64,000 nt of DNA. Origin: Candidatus Culexmicrobium cathedralense (GTDB lineage: Archaea > Thermoproteota > Methanomethylicia > Culexarchaeales > Culexmicrobiaceae). Positions 10,227 through 18,800 of the stretch are shown here, in pieces (the first letter of the stretch is position 1; every line of letters starts with the position of its first letter). Where the stretch lies: NCBI GenBank assembly GCA_025061115.1, contig JANZKC010000001.1, positions 448,001 through 512,000 of the forward strand, written 5' to 3'. The position numbers and the translations under genes were made by a program. The notes beneath the pieces are model-generated. The model made no database searches and was not told the origin of the DNA. It was given only the letters and a program-made list of their open reading frames with translations.

Positions 10227-10495
10227 CTCTCCACCAATTTTGATAAAAGAGCTTCATTAAGCGAATCTCCATTAAACAGCTCTTCCTCCGAGTAGAAGTT
10301 GCCATTTACTTCCAAAATTGGAGCAGACATGATGAAAACATCCCTCATAACAAGTTCAGCCATAACATCAGGATCCGAAAGATCCCTCTCTTCAAACGGT
10401 ATGTTCCTGCTCTTAAGCCAACTCTTCACTATTAAGCACCTTGGGCAACGAGGCGTGGTGTACAATATGACTTTAAAACTTGACATAGCTGACAA
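10223..10495 (-). CDS. Glutaredoxin/NrdH-like redoxin
   Basis: LYTTPRCPRC...SAPIL; overlaps the nrdD start by 4 nt. Confidence 0.85.
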   Translation of the reverse strand: MSAMSSFKVILYTTPRCPRCLIVKSWLKSRNIPFEERDLSDPDVMAELVMRDVFIMSAPILEVNGNFYSEEELFNGDSLNEALLSKLVES

Positions 10496-10618
10496 AAATG
10501 TTAAGCACTAGAAGGATATAAGCTTAAATTGAGTTTTCTATCGAAAAGTGTTGATAACGAACTTCCATCAAATTTTACACTTTGCATGAAAAATTGAAGG
10601 ACATAAAATTTAAATTAG

Positions 10619-10984
10619 CTATATCAGTATGAAGGGAGGCTTCTCCTTCAACCTTATAATGGGAACAGCAATCCATCCAGGCCTAACCCCCTCAGCCAGC
10701 ACAACTCTTTCACCCCTTTCCTCAGCTTTAACTAGGAAGTACTTGCCTTTAACCTCCTCATCACTCTCATAATAGTAGAATATGGGCATCCCATAGAATT
10801 TGTAGTAATCCCTATAAATTGCAATAATGCCGAGAATGTCCTTGCCTCCATGCTTAAAGTGGAGCACGTAGGTGGGCTGCCCCAAAGCAGCAATGTTAGC
10901 TACAAATCGAGCTAAATCCTCAATGCTATCAACTCTCAAAGAGAAGGGAGGATCAACCTTAGGTTGAGCGCCAATTTCAGCCAT
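10619..10984 (-). CDS. Conserved hypothetical protein (crenarchaeal type)
   Basis: 121 aa, S.EDLARF...DYY..YG.PIFYY pattern; GGTGAGGTGA RBS. Confidence 0.65.
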   Translation of the reverse strand: MAEIGAQPKVDPPFSLRVDSIEDLARFVANIAALGQPTYVLHFKHGGKDILGIIAIYRDYYKFYGMPIFYYYESDEEVKGKYFLVKAEERGERVVLAEGVRPGWIAVPIIRLKEKPPFILI

Positions 10985-11024
10985 TCACCTCACCAAATAG
11001 ATTATGTATAATTAATGTATTTAA

Positions 11025-12290
11025 TTGGATTGGAGAGAATACATGGTCAAGCTAAGCTTAATCCCCACAGCCTCGCCAATACACCCAAAAAGCAGATGGG
11101 CGAGGAAAATAGATGAAATTGTTAAGAAAATATCTCAAGCAAACATCGAATTCGAATTAACTAAGTGCATCACCAGCCTAGAAGAGGCCCTAAAATTTAA
11201 GATGGAAACGGATGCAGCCGGAACGATCATTATAGTCTTGACTGGGGGAACATCAACCATCGCTAAGGAAGTAGCTTTAAGATCAAAAAAGCCAGTAGCA
11301 TTTTTAGCTCATGGAGAAGACAACTCGCTGCCATCAGCAATTGAAGCAAGAGAGAAATTGAAAATTGAAGGAATTTACTCCAAGCTAATTTATGTCGATC
11401 TGGAGCAAAAAACACTGAATAAGGAGCTTAAAGTATTTGCAAATGTAGCTAAAGCATACGATTACCTAAGCAACTTCAAGATCATAGGAATAGAAACAAA
11501 TCTAAACAACTACATCAGTATAGGAGAAATCAAAATTAAAATCATCAATGTAAGCGAAGAGGAGCTCTCAAGCACAGTGAAATCCATAAACGACATCGAG
11601 GTCGCCCAACTCGAAGAGGAGCTTACTAAACGAACTGAGATTACGGACATATCTGAAAGCGACTTGAAAAAGTCGATTAAACTTTACTTAGCAATTAGAA
11701 GGCTAATGAAAAAATATGGAGCCAATGGAGTTACTTTCAACTGCTTCAAATTCATATTAAAATATAAGATAACACCCTGCCTAACCATCAGCCTAACAAA
11801 CTCAAATGGCTTTATAGGAGCCTGCGAAGCGGAGGTTCCAGCAGCCATAGCTATGATTATTGGCAGCTCACTGTCCACAAAACCATCATTCATGGGCAAC
11901 TTATCGGCTTTCAACATTAAGAGCAATACAATAACGCTCGCACACTGCACAGCTCCACTCAATATAGCTGAAGGTAAGGCGAGGCTAGTGAGGCACTTTG
12001 AAACTGGCTTAAGCGTCAGCTTGGACGTCCCCATGAGCAGACAAGACGTAACTTTGCTATCCCTAAGTAAGGATTTAAGTCAATTAATGGCTATCGAAGG
12101 AGAAATCCTGCAATCGTCCATGAAAAATCCAAGCATGTGCAGAACCCAAGTCAAAGTAAAACTCAGCGTACCAGTTGAAAAATTCATGGAAAAAGCTCTT
12201 GGAAACCACCAAACAATAGTTTTCTGTAAAGTAAGAGAGGTTATTGAGGAGCTAGCTAAAAACCTGGGGGTAGAGTTCGTCAGCCCATAA
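11025..12290 (+). CDS. L-fucose/L-arabinose isomerase-like protein
   Basis: TGGT, NSLPSAIE, CF...TPCL, CEAE, LAHCTAP, HFETG, CRTQ, GNH. Confidence 0.75.
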   Translation: MDWREYMVKLSLIPTASPIHPKSRWARKIDEIVKKISQANIEFELTKCITSLEEALKFKMETDAAGTIIIVLTGGTSTIAKEVALRSKKPVAFLAHGEDNSLPSAIEAREKLKIEGIYSKLIYVDLEQKTLNKELKVFANVAKAYDYLSNFKIIGIETNLNNYISIGEIKIKIINVSEEELSSTVKSINDIEVAQLEEELTKRTEITDISESDLKKSIKLYLAIRRLMKKYGANGVTFNCFKFILKYKITPCLTISLTNSNGFIGACEAEVPAAIAMIIGSSLSTKPSFMGNLSAFNIKSNTITLAHCTAPLNIAEGKARLVRHFETGLSVSLDVPMSRQDVTLLSLSKDLSQLMAIEGEILQSSMKNPSMCRTQVKVKLSVPVEKFMEKALGNHQTIVFCKVREVIEELAKNLGVEFVSP

Positions 12291-13452
12291 CCTCCTCAAC
12301 GAACCTCCTAATTCTATTAGCTCCCTCCCTTATCTGATCAATGGATGAGGCAAAGCAAATCCTTAAATGATGCTCTCCTCCAGCGCCAAACACGCTTCCA
12401 GGAACAGTGCAAACACCAGCTTTAGCTAGCAGCTCACTAGCCAACTCCACCGAGCTCATTCCCAAAGCGGACATTTCAGGAAAAGCGTAGAAAGCACCCT
12501 TGGGAGCAGTGCACCTAACACCCTCAATAGAGTTTAAAGCTTCAACCAGGAACCTGCGCCTCTCATCATACTTCTTAACCATTTCGAGAACACAGCTTTG
12601 ATCACCCTTTAATGCAGCAACGCCAGCATACTGCACAAAAGCTGTTGGGCAAGTTGTAGCGTTTTGCTGCACTTTATTGATGCAGTCAATTACGCTTTTA
12701 GGCGCAATGGTGAATCCAAGCCTCCACCCAGTCATGGCCCAAGCCTTAGAGAAGCCATCAACAACTATCAATCTATCCCGAACCTCAGAAAATGAGAGCA
12801 TAGTATGCGGCTCCACTTCGTCGTAAACAATGAGGCGATAAATTTCATCTGAAATAATGTACAAGTCATGATCTAGAGCTAGGTCAGCAATTACCTTCAA
12901 GTCCCTTTTAGATAACACTCCGCCAGTTGGATTATTCGGCGAATTCACCAGAATAACCTTCGACTTATCGCTGATCGCATTCTTCAACTTCTCTTCATCA
13001 AGAACAAAACCATCGCCACAAGATACTTCAACAACTCTACCTCCAGCCAGCTCCACGCAAGACCAGTAAGTAGGCCATGCTGGCGTTAAGACTATCACTT
13101 CATCTCCGCTGTCAACTAGAGATTGAATTGCTGCGAAAATGGCAAATTTAGAGCCGGGAGTAACTATAACTTCACTTTTAGCATCAACATCCACCTTGAA
13201 CCTTTCATGGTAATAGTCTGCAATAGCCTCCCTCAACTCAGGAATACCGCGAGATGGAGTGTAGTGAGTATAGCCTCTTTCAAGCGCTTCAATAGCCGCC
13301 TTCCTAATGTGCTCCGGAGTTTCGAAAACCGGTTCGCCAATGTCAAGCCTAATAATCTTTTCTCCACGAGCTTCAAGTTGCCGCGCCTTCTCAGCTATGC
13401 TTAGTGTGGGAGAAGGCTTTAACCGCTTAATCCTACTTGAAAAACCCCTCAT
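12280..13452 (-). CDS. PLP-dependent class I aminotransferase (aspartate aminotransferase-like)
   Basis: YTPSRGIPELREAIA, NSPNNPTG, SDEIY, GFSKAWAMTGWRLG. Confidence 0.95.
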   Translation of the reverse strand: MRGFSSRIKRLKPSPTLSIAEKARQLEARGEKIIRLDIGEPVFETPEHIRKAAIEALERGYTHYTPSRGIPELREAIADYYHERFKVDVDAKSEVIVTPGSKFAIFAAIQSLVDSGDEVIVLTPAWPTYWSCVELAGGRVVEVSCGDGFVLDEEKLKNAISDKSKVILVNSPNNPTGGVLSKRDLKVIADLALDHDLYIISDEIYRLIVYDEVEPHTMLSFSEVRDRLIVVDGFSKAWAMTGWRLGFTIAPKSVIDCINKVQQNATTCPTAFVQYAGVAALKGDQSCVLEMVKKYDERRRFLVEALNSIEGVRCTAPKGAFYAFPEMSALGMSSVELASELLAKAGVCTVPGSVFGAGGEHHLRICFASSIDQIREGANRIRRFVEEVMG

Positions 13453-13565
13453 GCACTAGCACCCCTCAATGACGGTAAGAATTACATGACAATCAAACTT
13501 AAATTTTTAGGTCTGGAAAGCCGCGTAAAAGCATGTAAAAAGAAGAAGAAACACTGAAGTTTCGC

Positions 13566-13859
13566 TTAGCTCTTTCGCGCTAGCACTATTTCGATCGTTG
13601 AAACGTTGCGCGCTTGATCGCCACTTCCCACTAGCTCAGTGCCAATATTTACGCTTTTAACCTCCACTTGGTCTGGCAAGAAACGCGTCTTCACAATTTC
13701 AGCTACATCAACAGCCTTGCTTATGGCTCTGCCCCTAGCTTTGATAACTACTTCATTGGCTCCTTGATTGAACTGTATAATTGCTGCTAGCACGTAGTTC
13801 ATTGTTCCCTTTTTACCTACCAACACTACATTTCCTGTCTGACTTTGCGCTGAAGCCAC
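13566..13859 (-). CDS. albA: DNA/RNA-binding protein Alba
   Basis: [35 protein letters not shown]. Confidence 0.97.
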   Translation of the reverse strand: MASAQSQTGNVVLVGKKGTMNYVLAAIIQFNQGANEVVIKARGRAISKAVDVAEIVKTRFLPDQVEVKSVNIGTELVGSGDQARNVSTIEIVLARKS

Positions 13860-13955
13860 TTACAACCCTCCGACCTACTCGTGCGATGAAGTCGTATTTA
13901 AGTGAGTGATGATCAAGGATTTAAGTCTTACTACAAGTGTAAATGAGAATTTTAT

Positions 13956-14261
13956 CTAATCTTCAAATAACTCTTCCCTAATCGTGTTTATGAATAACTT
14001 CGCCTTTTCAAAAGCCTCAACACCCTTTTCAGTTAAAGAGTAGTAAGTGTCGCCGTTCCTCTTAACCTTCTTTATCAATCCTTCCTTAGACAACTTGTAC
14101 AGCACAGCATAAACAGTCACGGTTGATGGCGAAAACTTAAACTTCTCCTTTATAGCCTTCTTAACCTCATACCCGTACATCGGCTTATTCTTCAATACCT
14201 TTATGACATATAGCCACAAGTTTTCCTTAGTTAGCTTCTTCACGAGCCTTTCATAGGCCAT
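13956..14261 (-). CDS. PadR-family winged-helix transcriptional regulator
   Basis: PMYGYEV...TVYAVLYKL..EGLI...YYSLTEKG. Confidence 0.9.
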   Translation of the reverse strand: MAYERLVKKLTKENLWLYVIKVLKNKPMYGYEVKKAIKEKFKFSPSTVTVYAVLYKLSKEGLIKKVKRNGDTYYSLTEKGVEAFEKAKLFINTIREELFED

Positions 14262-14268
14262 TTAGTCG

Positions 14269-14293
14269 TCGCTCCACAATATTTACGGAGCGA
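14269..14293. promoter_or_regulatory. Inverted repeat TCGCTCC-N11-GGAGCGA just upstream of the PadR gene (putative operator)
   Basis: Perfect 7-bp arms between an AT-rich TATA-like tract (~14294-14310) and the ATG at 14261. Confidence 0.5.
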
Positions 14294-14332
14294 AATATAT
14301 TTATACTTTACATAGCACCACAAGCCCTTCAA

Positions 14333-14360
14333 GAAAGCTCGTTATAACGACTTTCGAAAG
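14333..14360. promoter_or_regulatory. Palindromic element GAAAG-C-TCGTTATAACGA-CTTTC(GAAAG) in divergent intergenic region
   Basis: 12-bp perfect palindrome (14339-14350) extended by GAAAG/CTTTC arms, followed by palindrome CTTTCGAAAG. Confidence 0.4.
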
Positions 14361-14477
14361 CGGCTTCCAAGATATCAAGCGCCCGCCACGATGTCAGCAA
14401 CAATGGTTGAAGGATTTATTAGGGAAGAAAGCAAAATGTAAAAGCGAATTCAGCCAAGCAAAGCGCAAGGTGGAATT

Positions 14478-14942
14478 GTGGCTGAGAAAGAAAGAGAATT
14501 AGATAGAATTAGAAAGTTAATTGAAGAAAAAATAAATGAATTAAATAGAGAATTAGAAGCTTGGAAGCTCTGCCTAAAGCTCCTTGAAAAATCAGTTAAA
14601 GTTGAGGAGAAACCCGAAGAGAAAGCTAAACTTTTAGTTGAAATCAAAGATGACTTGGGAAATCCATTAGCCAAAATCTACAGCGATAACCAAAACTTGA
14701 TAATACTCCCTGAAGAAAACGTCTCAATAAACACCGCATCAAGGGAGTTTAAGCAGTTCTTCGTCAGAAAAGTGTTGGATGGCATTAAAAAGGAGAATCC
14801 TCTAGCAGACTACGAGATAGATGAGGAGAATGGAGTACTACGTAAAGTTATAGTTAAAAACGTTTCAGGAACGAGGGAAATTAGGAGAATTCAAGGAGCT
14901 GTCAAATGGACTTTTAAGAAATTCATCAAAACTAGGCTTTAA
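14478..14942 (+). CDS. Hypothetical protein, N-terminal coiled coil (paralogue of 33503-34048)
   Basis: Shares LA..Y, F..F...VL, IVKN/IIKN and KWTF motifs with ORF 33503-34048. Confidence 0.7.
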   Translation: MAEKERELDRIRKLIEEKINELNRELEAWKLCLKLLEKSVKVEEKPEEKAKLLVEIKDDLGNPLAKIYSDNQNLIILPEENVSINTASREFKQFFVRKVLDGIKKENPLADYEIDEENGVLRKVIVKNVSGTREIRRIQGAVKWTFKKFIKTRL

Positions 14943-15492
14943 ACCACTTAAACATAAAGTAGGAAACCTCCTTGGTCTCCGGATTTGTAACTGCAATGAT
15001 AAACCTCTTCCTAACGCTGTGAGAAAGCCTGCCAGCCCTAACAATTTCTATTGGATCAAGCTTGCTGTTCATGGGCAACACATCAACGAGGAAGGGCGCA
15101 TGATCAATGCCAGGGCCAAATTCGTAAACTGCAAAGTCAGCTCCAAACTTCATTCCTGGCCTAACAACGAAACCCCTTTCCCTCAAATCCCTATAAACCC
15201 TATAAATATCGTCAAATAAACTATAAGTTTCTCTAGCGATTTTCAGAAGTTCATCGCGAGTTAGCTCCGCACCCTGAACGTCAACAACCCTAATTCTACC
15301 CTTCTCTAGCAAGTAAAGCGCTTCAAAGAGGGATAACTCAAGAGGCGCGTCAAATAACATGTCCTTAGGCTTCCTAATTCCCACAGGCTTACCATAAAAT
15401 CCTTCTCGATATAAGCGGCGAGAAGCTTCAACATCCCATACTACAACTCTTCCATTCATAAGAACTGCAACCGCAATTTCATTGTCACTCAT
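14932..15492 (-). CDS. endA: tRNA-splicing endonuclease, catalytic subunit
   Basis: LELSLFEALYL, VYRDLRERG..VRPGMKFGADFAVY, DHAP, RLSHSVRK (Tyr-His-Lys triad). Confidence 0.95.
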   Translation of the reverse strand: MSDNEIAVAVLMNGRVVVWDVEASRRLYREGFYGKPVGIRKPKDMLFDAPLELSLFEALYLLEKGRIRVVDVQGAELTRDELLKIARETYSLFDDIYRVYRDLRERGFVVRPGMKFGADFAVYEFGPGIDHAPFLVDVLPMNSKLDPIEIVRAGRLSHSVRKRFIIAVTNPETKEVSYFMFKWFKA

Positions 15493-15567
15493 ACCAAATC
15501 ACCCAACTGCACGCAACGGTTATTTACGAAATGCTACCTATAACTCCCTCAGCTGGGCGGTGAACTA

Positions 15568-16635
15568 ATGCTTCGACAGTTAAACAAGCGCAAAGACAAA
15601 CTTATAATAGTAGCGTCCTATGCCGTTGGAATTGCAATAATTATATTACTTCTACACTTTGCTGGATTCGGCAAGGTCTCATCGATCATCATGAAAATTA
15701 GCCTGCAATTCTTCATTATAACATTAGCTTTAGATCTAGCTGGACTAATATTCTACGCATTAACTTGGCACATACTATTAAGAGGACTAGAATGTCAAAT
15801 TAACTTCAAAACAACACTTACTATTTCGCTTGCAGGCATATTCATGTGCTACGTGACCCCATCAGGATTGCTACTTGAACTACTAAGAATCGTACTTGCC
15901 AATAAGGAGGCTAAAGTTCCAATAGGCTACGGCGCAGCAACCGTCGTAATGCACAGAATACTATACACACTTGGATTCGTGCTCTGCGCCCTATCGAGCT
16001 ACGTAGCGATATATGGAAAATACACCTTGATTGGAGCTGCAGGATCCCTCCTACTACTCATAATATTATTCTCACTTGGATTTGCGGCAGGCATGTTCTA
16101 CCTAAGCCAAAGAGCGGACATATTGGAAAAAATCATCACAAAAATATACGAAAAATATGAAGACAAAATAAGCGGACTAATTAAAAAGTACGAGCCGGAG
16201 AAAGTAGTTAACTCGCTCGCAAACACAATTTCAGACTTCAAGAATTCATTCCTCAAATTGAGAAATAAGCCAGTACACCTATTTACAGCATTTATGGCCG
16301 TCCTATTAACATGGATAGTTGATATAGGAATATTCTACGTAGTTTTCCTAGCCCTCAACTTCAAGATATCAATCTGGGCCATAGCACTAACAATAGTCGT
16401 GGGAGACTTCATACAAATGACTCCAATAATGATTCCAGGAATGCTTGGAATACTGGAAACCGTATTTACAACAACCCTGCTAGCATTCGGAGTGCCAATC
16501 GACGTAGCGACCTCAGCAGTCATCCTAGCTAGAATAGCTACATTCTGGTTCGACATGCCAGTCACAGCAGTAGCCGCCTCCTACTACGGCATAAAATACC
16601 TTATGCGAGGAGCTGAAGCGCTGAAAACAACCTAA
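15568..16635 (+). CDS. UPF0104/lysylphosphatidylglycerol synthase TM-domain (flippase-like) membrane protein
   Basis: Multi-TM; W..LL, TPSG, PGMLGILE, ILAR..TFW. Confidence 0.8.
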   Translation: MLRQLNKRKDKLIIVASYAVGIAIIILLLHFAGFGKVSSIIMKISLQFFIITLALDLAGLIFYALTWHILLRGLECQINFKTTLTISLAGIFMCYVTPSGLLLELLRIVLANKEAKVPIGYGAATVVMHRILYTLGFVLCALSSYVAIYGKYTLIGAAGSLLLLIILFSLGFAAGMFYLSQRADILEKIITKIYEKYEDKISGLIKKYEPEKVVNSLANTISDFKNSFLKLRNKPVHLFTAFMAVLLTWIVDIGIFYVVFLALNFKISIWAIALTIVVGDFIQMTPIMIPGMLGILETVFTTTLLAFGVPIDVATSAVILARIATFWFDMPVTAVAASYYGIKYLMRGAEALKTT

Positions 16636-18239
16636 TCAACAATTAAACCTTCAACAGCCCTTTCAGAAACCACCCGCACAATCCTAATTTTAACAATTCT
16701 ACCCACAAGCCCCTCAGCCATACGCTCATTTTTTATCCGAATAACAGGCCCGTGCCTAAACGGGTAAGCTATAAACCGCATGCCCTTAAATTGGGATCTA
16801 ACAACTATAGCCTCAACAACCCTGCCTACAAGCTTCAGCTTCAACTGCGAATTAACCTTATTAGCGGCACTCCAAATCATGAAGCTAACTGGATCCCTAT
16901 GAGCTGGTGGAGCTTTAGGAAAATCTCCAAATGCAGACATTGGAAGAGGCTGAAAGCGATAAACAGTTATTTTTTCAACGCCAATTGCAGCTGACTTCTC
17001 AATAAAGCCAACCGTTGCTTTAGCTGTTTCAATAGTCTGACCAGGAAGGCCGTGAATAAAGTACAGGCATGGTCTTAAGCCAAACCGCTTTAAAATTCTC
17101 GCTGCCTTCAGTGCTTCTTCAGGCGATGAAGGCCTGCCAAGCGCATATGAATGCTCAGCAGATCCAGTTTCACATCCAATATGCACGGGCGAATCCTTCA
17201 AGTACCTCCCAAGAATCCTTGCAACCTCATCAGTCACCAAGCAAGGTTTAACATTTTCAATTCCCACAAACACCCGCTCTCCACTTTCCTTAATAACAGA
17301 CGAAATTTCTGAGAGAAGATGTTCAATTTCATTTAAATTAGGCGGAGGCTCTCTAGGGTCAGTTAGCGGCTTAGGCTCAACCAGCATATCTCGCCCATAG
17401 TCAAGAAAATCAGAGCCACTTAAAATAAGCCTCTTAACTCCAACTTTTATTAAGCCCCTAACCTCCTCAACAATCGACTCGATTGACCTGCTCCTGGACG
17501 GACCGAACAAACTTGGAACCGAGCAATATCCACATCCAGGAGGAATGTTTTGAGGGCAGTAGTATCTCTCCTCCAGGGAGCCTTCTCTGCAAAGCCCGCA
17601 ATCAATGCACCTCCTTCCATCGGGAAGCGGCATTGAAGTCCTATAATAATTGCTACACCCTCTAACCACTTCCACGTAAACTCTGCAGGCATAGTAATTC
17701 GGATAGCCCTTCACAGCACTTATAGACGGCTTGTAAGAACTAAGCTTAATTCTACTCATCACTGGCCTCAACGAATTGACTCTAACGCCGGAGCTATCAA
17801 GATAAGCTAATCCTTTAATTTCGGAAAGCTTCTCAGGCGACAGTTCTCCAGCCATAATTAATGGTAAAAGTTCATCTAAAGTTTCCTCACCTTCACCTAT
17901 AACAGATATCGAAAAACCAGCTCTAATTAAAGCATCATAGGGATCAGCTGCAATTGGCCCACCAATCACTGCAACTCCACCGGAATGCCTATCCCAAATA
18001 GACTTCACCTTCCTTGCAGTAGGCAAGTCGACGGTCATAGCGCTCACAAGGAGAATTGAAGCCTTAGCCAGAAGCTCAGGTCTAGAGAGAACCACGTGTG
18101 CAGGGTAAACTCTAACATTCAGGTTATGCTTTTCCAGAACTCCAGCTACGGCTCTCGGTCCAGCCCCTATAACATCTACTGTTGCAAATCTCCGTCCGCG
18201 ACCAGCTCCTAAAGCGTCGACAACTACTGCTTCCATCAA
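16632..18239 (-). CDS. Radical SAM protein with B12-binding-like N-domain and TRAM-like C-domain
   Basis: VIGGP, IGEGE, EVVRGC...GCGYC, G.ETGS, YFIHGLPGQT, VG..V.IRI. Confidence 0.85.
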   Translation of the reverse strand: MMEAVVVDALGAGRGRRFATVDVIGAGPRAVAGVLEKHNLNVRVYPAHVVLSRPELLAKASILLVSAMTVDLPTARKVKSIWDRHSGGVAVIGGPIAADPYDALIRAGFSISVIGEGEETLDELLPLIMAGELSPEKLSEIKGLAYLDSSGVRVNSLRPVMSRIKLSSYKPSISAVKGYPNYYACRVYVEVVRGCSNYYRTSMPLPDGRRCIDCGLCREGSLEERYYCPQNIPPGCGYCSVPSLFGPSRSRSIESIVEEVRGLIKVGVKRLILSGSDFLDYGRDMLVEPKPLTDPREPPPNLNEIEHLLSEISSVIKESGERVFVGIENVKPCLVTDEVARILGRYLKDSPVHIGCETGSAEHSYALGRPSSPEEALKAARILKRFGLRPCLYFIHGLPGQTIETAKATVGFIEKSAAIGVEKITVYRFQPLPMSAFGDFPKAPPAHRDPVSFMIWSAANKVNSQLKLKLVGRVVEAIVVRSQFKGMRFIAYPFRHGPVIRIKNERMAEGLVGRIVKIRIVRVVSERAVEGLIVD

Positions 18240-18250
18240 TTATCTCCTAG

Positions 18251-18538
18251 CTACCTTAAAGGCCTCCTAATAGTTGCAATTGAATTATCCGCAATGCCCA
18301 GCTCCCGCATTTCCTCAGCGCTAGCCCAAACTTCCCTTAAAGGCACTTTGCCGTCAGGCCTAACGCTTAAGATGCACTTGCGCTTTCCACTAATCACAAC
18401 TTCAATCTCATCAGCAATTTGAAGCTCCTGCATCATTTGGGGGTTCATCTTGGCATTTCCAGGCTCAATTTCAGGCTTCCGCCTAACCCTCAGCCTGCGC
18501 TCGGGAGGTCTATTCACATCGATCACCAGCTTAAACAT
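18251..18538 (-). CDS. Small double-psi beta-barrel-like protein (resembles CDC48 N-domain)
   Basis: RLRV...GNAKMNPQMMQELQI.D.IEV and its internal repeat VW.SAEEMRELGI.D...TIR. Confidence 0.55.
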   Translation of the reverse strand: MFKLVIDVNRPPERRLRVRRKPEIEPGNAKMNPQMMQELQIADEIEVVISGKRKCILSVRPDGKVPLREVWASAEEMRELGIADNSIATIRRPLR

Positions 18539-18560
18539 TTAATTTACAGTAATATTTTAA

Positions 18561-18800
18561 TTGAACGCTGGTGGAAGCTTGAGGAGACAGCGCCGTAAAA
18601 TCAGAATTGGAGATCGAGTGGAATATCAAGTGACTGGAACAAGAGGAGTTGTTGTAAAGCTGAAGCGAATTAAAGGCAAATATTGGGCGCTAATTGATCC
18701 AATAAAAATGTGGATTGACACTTCGAAGCTAGTGCTAATAGAAGAAGCTAAAGGGGAGCTCCAAGCTCGTGAAACTCAAGCTGGCCCGAAAGATACTTGA
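18561..18800 (+). CDS. Small KOW/SH3-like protein, DUF2098-like
   Basis: IRIGDRVEY.VTGTRGVVV..K...GK.WALID; overlaps the glyS 3' end. Confidence 0.55.
   Translation: MNAGGSLRRQRRKIRIGDRVEYQVTGTRGVVVKLKRIKGKYWALIDPIKMWIDTSKLVLIEEAKGELQARETQAGPKDT

Noticed and set aside
10496-10618. NrdR-box-like operator upstream of the redoxin-nrdD operon
   Set aside because: CACTAGAAGGATATAAG is only loosely similar, is not palindromic and has no tandem partner
13880-13930. Possible C/D box sRNA (GCGATGA...GTGA GTGATGA) upstream of alba
   Set aside because: No CTGA D box; the two ATTTAAGT copies are better explained as TATA elements of the alba promoter on the - strand
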